Source: Chrysomallon squamiferum (lineage: Eukaryota > Animalia > Mollusca). Taken from it: a stretch of DNA of 64,000 nt. Shown here one piece after another: positions 52,420 through 64,000 of the stretch. Numbering within the stretch: the first letter of the stretch is position 1; each line of letters starts with the position of its first letter. The notes beneath the pieces are model-generated. The model was not told where the DNA came from, did not search any database, and saw only the letters and a program-made list of their open reading frames with translations. The DNA lies in assembly GCA_012295275.1 (NCBI GenBank), contig CM022677.1:9858001-9922000 (forward strand), given 5' to 3'. The position numbers were made by a program, and so were the translations under genes.

Positions 52420-55400
52420 TATTATTGTGCTGTTTTTTTCTCTATTATTATTACTTGTTTTTCTTTCTATTATTATTTGTTTTTCTCTCTATTATTATTA
52501 CTTGTTTTTCTCTCTATTATTATTACTTGTTTTTCTCTTATTATTTGTTGTTTTTCTCTATTATTATTACTTGTTTTTCTTTCTATTATTATTACTTGTT
52601 TTTCTCTCTATTATTTGTTGTTTTTCTCTATTATTATTACTTGTTTTTCTCTCTATTATTATTACTTGTTTTTCTCTCTATTATTATAACGTGTTTTTCG
52701 CTCTATTATTATTACTTGTTTTTCTCTATTATTATTTGTTTTTCTCTATTATTATTATTTGTTTTTCTCTATATTATTATTTTTTTTTCTTTCTATTATT
52801 ATTACTTGTTTTTCTCAATATTATTATTACTTGTTTTTTTTCTATTATTATTACTTGTTTTTTTTCTATATTATTATTACTTGTTTTTTCTCTCTATTAT
52901 TATTACTTTTTTCTCTATATTATTATTGTTTTTTCTTTCTATTATTATTACTTGTTTTCTCTATATTATTATTTTTTTCTCTCTATTATTATTACTTTTT
53001 TTCTATATTATTATTGTTTTTCTTTCTATTATTATTACTTTTTTTTCTCTCTATTATTATTACTTGTTTTTCTCTCTTATTTTTTTGTTTTTTCTATATT
53101 ACTTGTTTATTATTATTACTTTTTTTCTCTCTATTATTATTACTTGTTTTTCTCTATATTATTATTACTTGTTTCTCTATATTATTATTACTTGTTTTTC
53201 TCTATTATTATTTGATGTTTTTTCTCTATTATTATTATTTGTTTTTTCTCTATTATTATTACTTGTTTTTCTTTTTATTATTATTACTTGTTTTCTCTCT
53301 TATTATTACTTGTTTTTCTCTGTATTATTACTTGTTTTTCTTTCTATTATTATTATTTGTTTTTTCTCTATTATTATTTGTTTTTCTCTCTATTATTATT
53401 ACTTGTTTTTTCTCTATTATTATTATTTGTTTTTCTCTATTATTATTTGTTTTTTTCTCTATTATAATTACTTGTTTTTTTTTTTTATTATAATTACTTG
53501 TTTTCTCTCTTATTATTACTTGTTTTTCTTATTATTACTTTTTTCTCTCTATTATTTCTTTTTTTTTCTATTATTATTATTTGTTTTTTCTCTATTATTT
53601 TTTGTCTCTATTATTACTTGTTTTTCTCTATTATTATTATTATTACTTTTTTTTCTCTATTATTATTACTTGTTTTTTCTCTATTATTATTAACTTGTTT
53701 TTTTTATTATTATTATTTTTTTTCTCTATTATTATTACTTGTTTTTCTCTATTATTATTTGTTTTTTCTCTATTATTATTATTGTTTTTACTTATTTTTT
53801 TCTTTTATTATTATTACTTGTTTTCTCTCTATTATTATATTATTATTGTTTTTTTTCTCTATTATTATTACTTTTTTTCTCTCTATTATTATTACTTATT
53901 TTTCTTTTTCTTATTATTTTTGTTTTTTTTCTCTATATTATTATTACTTGTTTTTTCTCTATATTATTACTTGTTTTTTCTCTCTATTATTTTACTTGTT
54001 TTTCTCTATTATTATTATTATTTTACTTTTTTCTCTATATTATTTTACTTGTTTTTTCTCTATTATTATTATTTGTTTTTCTCTATTATTATTACTTTTT
54101 TTTTTTATTATATTATTATTATTATTACTTGTTTTTTTTTTTATTATTATTCTTGTTTTTTCTCTATTCTATTATTATTATTTATTTTTTTTTCTCTATT
54201 ATTATTATTATTTGTTTTTCTCTCTATTATTATTATTTGTTTTCTCTCTATTATTATTGTTTGTTTTTCTCTATTATTATTACTTGTTTTTTCTCTATTA
54301 TTATTATTTTTTTTTTCTCTATTATTATTTTTTTCTCTATTATTATTATTTTTTTTTCTCTATTATTATTACTTGTTTTCTATTATTTTACTTGTTTTTT
54401 CTCTATTAATTATTTGTTTCTATTATTGTTTTTTTTTCTCTTATTATTACTTGTTTTTCTCTATTATTTTACTTGTTTTTTTTTCTCTATTATTATTACT
54501 TGTTTTTCATTATTATTATTATTATTATTATTTGTTTTCTCTATTATTTTTTTTTTTATTTTGTTTTTTCTCTCTATTATTACTTGTTTTTCTCTATTAT
54601 TATTTTGTTTTTTCTCTCTATTATTTATTACTTGTTTTTTTTTCTATTATTATTATTTGTTTTTCTCTATTATTATTATTTGTTTTTTTTACTCTCTATT
54701 ATTATTACTTATTTTTTTTCTCTATTATTATTTGTTTTTCTCTCTCTATTATTATTATTTGTTTTTCTCTATTTACTTGTTTTTTTCTATTATTATTATT
54801 TGTTTTTTTTCTCTATTATTATTACTTGTTTTTCTCTCTCTCTATTATTATTACTTGTTTTTCTCTATTATTATTACTTGTTTTTCTCTATTATTATTAC
54901 TTGTTTTTCTCTCTATTATTATTTTGTTTTTCTCTATTATTTTGTTTTTTTCTCTATTATTATTTTGTTTTTCTCTATTTTTTTTTTTTTCTCTATTATT
55001 ATTACTTGTTTTTTTCTCTCTATTATTATTACTTGTTTTTCTCTATTATTATTTATTTTGTTTTTCTCTATTATTATTACTTGTTTTTCTCTCTATTATT
55101 GTTACTTGTTTTTCTCTATTATTATTATTTGTTTTTTCTCTATTATTATTTATTATTGTTTTTGTTTTCTATTATTATTATTATTTTTGTTTTTCTCTAT
55201 TATTATTGTTACTTGTTTTTCTTTCTATTATTATTATTTGTTTTTCTCTATTATTATTACTTGTTTTTCTCTATTATTATTTGTTTTTCTCTATTATTAT
55301 TACTTGTTTTTGTCTATTATTATTGTTATTTTTCTCTCTATTATTATTACTTGTTTTTCTCTATTATTATTTGTTTTTCTATATTATTATTACTTGTTTT

Positions 55401-55490
55401 TGTCTATTATTATTGTTATTTTTCTCTCTATTATTATTACTTGTTTTTCTCTCTATTATTATTTGTTTTTCTCTCTATTACTGTTACATG
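52420..55490. repeat. ~3.1 kb low-complexity satellite (~20-25 bp unit)
   Basis: (ct)ctattattattacttgtttttc with homopolymer slippage. It is the source of the spurious Phe/Leu/Tyr/Ile ORFs. Confidence 0.97.
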
Positions 55491-58400
55491 TTTTTCTTGC
55501 TAAAGCAGCAGTAAATGAAGAATATTTAGAACAGTTGTGAATAATCACACACATGCACACATGCATGCATACACCCCCCCACACAAAAAATAACTACTAA
55601 CTCCTCTTACTTGCTTACTTTTCAAAACACATTAACATTTATATCAGCATTTATTCTTTCTTATCATTTGAATTTGAATTTTATTTTACTGTCTTATGTA
55701 ATTAGTATTTATTATATTCATTTCTTTATTGAAGAATGAGCCTCTGTTAATATATCAGCATTTTGATACAAGTAAATGTATTTTGCAGTCTGTTTATTTC
55801 CTTTAAATCCTTTCATTTTCTTTTAAAATAGGTTTCCTTTTCTGTTTAGTTTTTTCTTCTTCGTCTTCTGCTGAATACATTAATACATAAAACCTGAATT
55901 TAAAAAATTAAACAAAAAATTCTTACTTTTTGTCTAAAATATTTTTCTTATTTAAAAAAGAAAAAAAGGGAATAGAACAACAAACATAAATTCTTGCTAA
56001 AGTACATAAGAGTATTTATTTCATTTCTAATATTTCTCCCTGGCACTGTATATTATGTGTCTGTATCTCTCTCTCTGTTTTTTTCTATGTATATAAACAG
56101 AACCAATCAAGTCTTTCACTCCAGCCAGTACAAAGAAAGTTTTGTTTATCACAATTTCTTTTCTGAAGCCATTATTAAAACTGCTCAGGGCCAGATTTTT
56201 TCTTTTTCTTCATGTGATGGTAGTCCTCACTCCAGTTAGGTTCTTCATTTATTTCTCCTCAGTCTTTATTTATTCTTTCCCTTCTCCATCAGCAGAACAC
56301 AGATGCTGTTTTTCAGGTATCAGTTGCTGGCATGGAGCAATTAAAGTTGTGCTAGAACACATGAAATAAATGGGGTTGCAGAACATTCATGCTTTTATGT
56401 TGTTTCTGTGGGTCTCCAGGCTCAGTTTTTCAGAAGTGTGTTGATTTGCTTTGGCAGTTTTTTGCTGGTATCAAGTTTGTATCTGTGACTCTCTTTCATA
56501 AACAAGAACTAGCCAGTTTTTTTTCTTGTCTGAATTCAGAACATAGTGTACTGACCTGGAAATACATTGTAAATCTAGGGCAAAGATTTTTTTTGCGTTA
56601 AAATAAAAAGTTTCAGTTAAATATATTTATAAAGATAAGTTTTTAAATCACTATAATTCATCATTATTGTTATATGATGATGTTATTCTATTTATTATTA
56701 TTATTATTATTACTATTATTATTATTATTATTATCTTCTTTGTTATTACTGTTAATTATTATTATTATTATTATTATCAGCATCATTATTTTATTTTAAT
56801 ATTGTTTTGTGTTATTTTAACTTTATTCCAAAGCTATTTTGTTAGGATGCTTTTTTTTTTTAATGTTTTTTATATTTTTTATACTGTTAGTTTTGAAATC
56901 CCATGTGAAATGGCCTTTTAACAGGTGACAATGAATGTTTAAATTTTAATACTTTTCAGTGGTTTGACAGGAATGTACATTAAAACATATTCTACTTTTT
57001 TAAATCATTTTCTTGTTCCATTTTTTATTTTTTTATTTTTTCAAATGTGAGTGATTACTGAAGTGAGGTCACCATAAAAATTAAGAGAAATAGATTTGTC
57101 ATCTTTTGATACGTCATATTCCCGGCATTTTTATGATTTTCACATAAAAAATTAAACACATAAAAGCCATTATCTGAATTTGAAAAGAAACAAAACATTA
57201 TAGGAATATTTTTGTTATCAAGAGTGATATAAATTTAAAAAATAAACTCAGAATACTCAGAAAAACAAACATAAGTTAAATATTAGAAATCTCTGAGTAT
57301 TTTAATATCTTTATTATTTAATTATTATTATTATTATTACAGTTATTTATTATTGTTAATATTATTGTTATTATTATTGTAACAATTATTATTATTATTA
57401 TCATCATCCTATTGGTTATTATTTTATTTTAGTATTGTTAGCTGCACATTAACACAAAGATGTATTTATTATCAGAAATAATTAATTAAATAGCTATTTG
57501 TCATACTGATTAAAAATGTAGTATACCATGTGCAGTGTTTTTCTTATAGCCTGTATCTGTCGCTGTCAATATTTGAAAGCACAACTTTAGACACTATACT
57601 ATGTCTTTTACTTTGTTTTCTGTTAGGTCATTTGGCTCCAAATTCTATTATTTTGAATCTGTATTTAAACTTAAAATAATTTGTTGCAATATCAGTGAAA
57701 TACTGTGACTGTTGTTGTTGTAATTGTTTTCATTTATCTATTTTTATTTATATATTTATTTAATTAATTATATCATTATTATTATTTAGTAATAATGGTG
57801 ATACAAATTTAATCTTAACTTAATTATAATAATTCTTGTTCCTACGGTAATTTTAAGACGTCTGTAAATATATAATATACAGATTAAGGAAGTTATAAAC
57901 CTAATGTTAGTAGTCCCTGTTTCTGAAATACTTTGTTTAGAAAAACAATTACACTTTACACATTTGCAGAATAATAATAATAATAAAATTATTTAAACAG
58001 ATTTTTTTTCTAATATAAACAATAACAAAAATGACTAATAACAATGAACAATTGTACAAAAAGGATTTTTTATAAATATGTTTCTTTTAACTAATATTAT
58101 TTGACAGGAAAATAATCTTTATCTTGTTATTTTTATCTGTAAAGCCATTACTCCAGAAAAGCTACCACAGCATGAAACCTTGTTACAAAGAGCTGTTTGA
58201 TTCTTCAGTTTACTTGAAACAGAATAATGAACTCTGTATAAGTAACCAAAGAAGAAAATTAACCAGTACATTTGTAACATAAAAATATGTAGTAATGAGT
58301 AAATCAACCTTGAATTGTATTTAAATTAAAATTTACAAAGCTTTTTTTTATAATTTCTATAGTGAATAAATGTATGATACAAGAAGTTGCTCATTTTTAT

Positions 58401-59184
58401 ATAATAACATAAACACACACACAAACACACACATAGAAAAACTGCATATTAATATAACGTGTGTGTGTCCTTATTGCAATTTTCAAAAACATTAATGAAA
58501 ATAAAGTTATGTTATAAATTAATTATTAAAAGCCATTTTTAAACATATAAATACATAATATATTTCTTTAAAAAAAATATAATGAAAGGCATTAATAATT
58601 ACTATTGTTAGAAGTTTAAAGAAACATAATTATATAAAGTTGTTTTAAATGTAACGATTGAGAAAAGCAAATTATTAATTATTAAAATGTTTAAATATTT
58701 TATTTGGCAAAACTGTACAGAAAAGCCAGTTATAAAACACACACACACGAAAACCCCCAAAGAAAAAACAAAAAAATGGGCTCTATAGTTATCAAACATT
58801 CTTGTACTGGTTCATTATAAATGATTATAGATATGTAATGAATAATAATAATAATAATAAAGAAAAATGAAATAAAAATATAATAAAAATATCAAAATGG
58901 TCGAATTAGTTAAATAATTAATACAATAATTTAAAGTTGAAGTATGTTGATGATAAATTAATCATTGAAGGAACATAGGTGAGCTCAGTTTTACAGTTAT
59001 CTATAATTATTTTCATTGCTGATTAAATTATTATTATTATTATTACTGTTATTGGTGTTTTATTAATACATTATTTATTACAGATTATATAAATGATTAC
59101 AAAATTTGTTGCACTGGGAAAATTGAAAATGCAATTTTAAAAAAAATTATTATTAATAATTATGATCACTATTGTTATGTTGTA

Positions 59185-59235
<51 letters not shown>

Positions 59236-60014
59236 GTTTTTTATTGGATTATGTTCATAGTATTTTTCAGCACATTTGTGGATGAACAGATAAAGAGAGA
59301 CCTATCACATATCAAATAGCTACTATTTAAATCTAATTTAATGTCACTGATTATTCTAAATATAACAGTATAATAATACTGAAACATTTGTATTCAGAAA
59401 ACAGTAATACATTTTGAAAATGTACAGTAAATTTATAAATAAGTGTTTTCTTATAAAATAAAGAATAAAATAATCAAATAATAAATAAATAAATTAAAAA
59501 ATAATAATAATAAAACAAAACTATTAAAAATATTCATGAATAAAAAAAAAAAAAAAAAAAAGAAGCTAATAATCACAAAAAAAAGGAATAAAAAGTAAGT
59601 AAATAAATAAAATATATAAGAGTGTAGGCTGACTTTTGAAGAAATATTGTTTAGGGATAGTAAAGCTGAATATACATTTCTCTAAGACTTTTTCTTTGAT
59701 TTGCTAAATGACATCAAACTGGCAGCTGTGAGGGATGGTGACTAACAAGCAAACAGTGAAGTGAATGCAGAGTCACATCAGAGGGAGATAACACAGTCAG
59801 TGCTTATCAACTTGTACTCTGAAAATCAATAATGAACACAGATGAATGAACATTTCTCAAAAAATTCTTCTTTTCATTTAGAAAAATCAATGTATTTACA
59901 TTCATGATGGTTTTTGTGTGGAAGCGTTTCATTGTGTGTGATTTTCAGTCAAGGGTTATTGGCTTTCTGTAACCAATTCTTGCCTTTGTTACTTTGTTGA
60001 AACAACAGTAGCAC

Positions 60015-60890
60015 ATTAATGTACTGTGGTTAGAGTTAATGTACTGTAGTCAAAGTTGATGTAAAGTGATTAGAGTTGATGTATGGTAGTTACAGTTGAT
60101 GTACAGTAGTTACAGTTGATGTACAGTAGTTACAGTTGATGTATGGTAGTTACAGTTGATGTACAGTAGTTACAGTTGATGTACAGTGATTAGAGTTGAT
60201 TTACAGTAGTTACAGTTGATGTACAGAAGTTACAGTTGATTTACAGTAGTTACAGTTAATGTATGGTAGTTACAGTTGATGTACAGTGATTAGAGTTGAT
60301 GTACAGTGATTAGAGTTGATTTACAGTAGTTAGAGTTGATGTTACAGAAGTTACAGTTGATGTACAGTAGTTACAGTTGATGTACAGTAGTTACAGTTGA
60401 TGTATGGTAGTTATAGTTGATGTACAGTGATTAGAGTTGATTTACAGTAGTTACAGTTGATGTACAGTAGTTACAGTTGATGTATGGTAGTTATAGTTGA
60501 TGTACAGTGATTAGAGTTGATTTACAGTAGTTAAAGTTGATGTACAGTGATTAGAGTTGATTTACAGTAGTTAGAGTTGATGTTACAGAAGTTACAGTTG
60601 ATGTACAGTAGTTACAGTTGATGTATGGTAGTTATAGTTGATGTACAGTGATTAGAGTTGATTTACAGTAGTTAGAGTTGATGTTACAGAAGTTACAGTT
60701 GATGTACAGTAGTTACAGTTGATATATGGTAGATACAGTTGATGTACAGTGATTAGAGTTGATTTACAGTGATTAGAGTTGATGTACAGTAGTTACAGAA
60801 GTTACAGTTGATGTACAGTGATTAGAGTTGATTTACAGTAGAGTTGATGTTACAGAAGTTACAGTTGATGTACAGTAGTTACAGTTGATG
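60015..60890. repeat. Minisatellite, 20 bp unit, ~43 copies, with variant units
   Basis: gatgtacagtagttacagtt with variants gatgtatggtagtta(c/t)agtt, gatgtacagtgattagagtt, gatttacagtagtt and gatgttacagaagttacagtt. Confidence 0.95.
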
Positions 60891-60929
60891 TGTCTGTTTT
60901 GATATTCCTGTCCAGTCTCTTTTCTTTGA

Positions 60930-61200
60930 CTAATTTATATCATTAAGAATGGTTGACACTTCCCCATACACTCATCTTATTTAGATAATTTCCTAGATAA
61001 TTTGAAAAATTGAAATTTGTGTCTTTGTATAAAGGGAGGTCTGCTTGAAGATAGATTTACCTATACAGTCATCCTTATCTGCACCCCTAACCTGAACCAT
61101 TCTAAACATTCTACCTGTCGGTATAGAATTACTGTCCTAATTCATTCTGTTACTCATCATCTCACTACTATCAAGTAAGATCTCCACAACCTTTATAAAG
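60930..61200 (+). mobile_element. Possible LINE RT N-terminal relic
   Basis: FLDNLK(fs)VSLYKGRS..(fs)TYTVILI resembles FP..LK.A.V.PL.K.G....NYRPISIL. Heavily degraded. Confidence 0.35.
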
Positions 61201-61991
61201 TAACTGAAACAGAAAAAAAACAGTAACAAAAGAAAATGGAATCAATGAAAACCTTCTCAATATCTCCATGTAGAAATTCTCATTTAATCATAACACATCA
61301 ACCATATCCATCACTCTGCCAAATAACATTACCTGTGTATCATATCTCCATTTCCCCTTCACACATGTCACCCCTCACCCTAAAGAGATGGATACTTGTC
61401 TACTATAAGCTGACTACTACCACTACTACTACTACTACTACTCCATTCAAGGTCAGACGGAGATGGAATGATTACTTTGTAAATAGAGTTGATTAGTTTA
61501 CACAGAACAAAATAATTGTACAAGTGTGATTTATTAAGTTGATTGCTTAACAAGATACTTGTCAATAATTACCACTGGAAATGTAATTATGATTACTTCA
61601 AAATTTTTACAAAAGAAAATCAGGTTATAAACTCTATCTGAAGTCTTGCTTTGTAATTAGTTGATCTTAAAAGTGTTACTTCCATACATAAAGTTTTACT
61701 TATACATGTAATAATTTTGTGTGTGTGTGTGTGTCATGCAGTTATTTAAATATATTCTTAAGCAGTAACACATATATCCTAAATACCAGGATCTAAATAC
61801 CTGCCCCTCCCTCTCACTTCTATTTATAAACTGCTACTAACCTCTATGTAGATAACATCCACACTAATACTTATATAATTATCTGTCCTTCCCACATCTA
61901 AAATATGTCTTATATACTTTAATCAATATATCACTTTATCCAACTATTAATACAAGTAAATTGTTAAATATCAGTCGTAATACATGTTAGA

Positions 61992-62085
61992 ATGTTAATA
62001 CAGGTGGACTATTAATACAGGTGGACTGTTAATATAGGTAGACTGTTAATACAGGTAGACTGTTAACTCAGGTGGACTGTTAGCA
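61992..62085. repeat. Tandem repeat, 17 bp x ~5
   Basis: ttaatacaggtggactg variants. Confidence 0.85.
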
Positions 62086-63100
62086 GAGTGTCTGGTTTCC
62101 AGGATGTTTTTTCTACGTCTGGTCTCCGTGGTTCACTGGGTGCAGACTAAGCGTCTTTGTTGTGTTTAAATACAGCTTGTCACTGTACACAAACACAGCT
62201 GACTACTGACTGTTACTGTGTTCTAGATCTGTGCTTACAGTTTTTAAACTATTTGTTTGTTAAGTAAAATTATTAGGAGTTAATTGTCTAATTATCTATT
62301 TTAATCAGTTCATTTTCTTTCATTATTTTTATTATTTATATTTATGACTTACATGTGTATATGTGGGTGTTTGTATGTATGTATGTATGTCTGCAAGTGT
62401 GTGTGTGTTTGTGTGTGTATGTGTTTGTGCAATGTGTGTGCATGTGTGTATGTGTGTTTCTGTATGTGTGTTTGTGTGTGTGGCTGGGTCAGGGAAAAGG
62501 AAGATGTCTTGTTTTACCAAAACTCAAACAACAAAATGTAAAAAATAACAAGTCTTTCTCTTGATTTGTCAGCACAACACTTCATCACTCTTTGCTAATT
62601 GCATACATAAATGTTTTAAACACAGACACAGTGGCACTGCACTGCAGAAGCATACGAAGATGATACACTGAAAAGATGGCTAACAGGAAATAAAGATGTC
62701 AGATATTTGTTATTTCTCAGAATGGTATAAATAATTGAATTTTTATTTGACGCATGTAATTATAAAATCAGTTCTCAACTTTTTTTTTAGTGTTAAATCT
62801 CAAACCAGTCATACCAGAATTTATTATTTCTATTTACAGAGATTATTTTGTTGACAAAGAACAGCATTATAATATTCTATTTTTATCAAATATGATGATT
62901 TGTTACTTTCAAAACACTTATAATAAATACAAGTTTACAGGAAATGAATTTTTAATACAACATTCACAGGAACTTCAAGGGATGATTATAAATGAATCGT
63001 AATGAAACATGTTCGGTACAGTGTACTTGTGTTTATCAGAGATGGGGAAAACCTGGGGTAGCAGTCAAACCCACATGTCAAATACTTTTGGCTGTGATGT

Positions 63101-63144
<44 letters not shown>

Positions 63145-63507
63145 ATCTCTTCCTCTTCCAAATATGCATACAAAAACCCCCAAAACCCACTATTTCACTT
63201 GCCCTTAGGATTTTCATGTCTGATTACATTTTTCAGAGTAGAAATCAAAAAATACATTTATCAGTATCCCAACCAGACGCTGTGTGAAAATCTTTATTTT
63301 GAGCAGAGAATTCTGACTTCTGTGTCAGTCATTAGATTTGGATTTCAAAACAACATTTATCTCACACATTCTTAGTGAAGTCACTTAGTCTTTGCAAATA
63401 ACATTTACATAAAGTTGTATGTCTTTTTGGAAAAAATGAAATTACAGCATTTATCATACAAGCTGTACATCTAGATATACACATTTTAATTATTCTTATC
63501 ATTGTTA

Positions 63508-63584
<77 letters not shown>

Positions 63585-64000
63585 TGGGTTTTTTTGTTGT
63601 CACATGAGCAATCTAAGGTAGGTTTTTTTCCTTGTCTGTGTTTTCAGTCATCAGGGTTATAGGGTTATCAGGGTCATTGAAAGTGAACAGTGTGTGTTTA
63701 GATGCATGTATATATACATTTATGTATGTCTGTATGTATACATATGTTGTTATTCCAATATAAATATGAAGTAAAAGATGTTATAATGGTAATCATAAAG
63801 ATAAATTTCAGACAAAAATAAATAAATAATATCAAGTTGCAGTATACCAGTGTCAAACAGTTCTTAATTTGTTTTGATACAAACACAATTTAGTAATTAA
63901 CTATACTTGACTGTACAGGACTTTGACTGAAGCTAGGATAACTTATCTCCTGGTTGTAAACAGTTCCTAACATTACAACACAGTGTGGTGTCTGATATGT

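Noticed and set aside
52416-55540. Long ORFs of 244-640 aa
   Set aside because: They are translations of a T-rich satellite, open in all three frames with only F/L/Y/I/S/C and no domain features.
56090-56560. Complex coding-like patch with several short ORFs
   Set aside because: It is stop-interrupted with no recognisable motif. Probably an old repeat, but unsupported.

Overview
AT-rich, microsatellite-laden animal genomic DNA. The gene content suggests a lophotrochozoan such as a mollusc, but the taxon is inferred. Bases 454-6467 (+) hold the last nine coding exons of an M1 aminopeptidase N-like gene, which I spliced by hand into a continuous frame of about 357 aa ending at TGA 6465-6467. 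Next is a cluster of three paralogous type II membrane GT-B glycosyltransferases of the GDP-fucose-using superfamily (8522-9826 -, 16404-17576 +, 23628-25058 +). Each has a single coding exon with a splice acceptor 0-6 nt before its ATG. The remainder is non-coding in appearance: a decayed Ty3/Gypsy element (~27.8-30.0 kb), LINE, SINE and DNA-transposon relics, a probable spliced pseudogene or lncRNA (33.8-37.3 kb), a CpG-rich promoter/first exon near 39.7-40.1 kb, and a long CpG-poor intron-like region with several satellites. Nearly all other long ORFs in the track are low-complexity artefacts. No CRISPR, rRNA or intact tRNA was seen. Highlights are the fucosyltransferase-like gene cluster, tandem duplications at three aminopeptidase splice sites that create decoy sites, mosaic CpG domains, and a perfect RFX X-box overlapping a CAG|GTAAGT junction.
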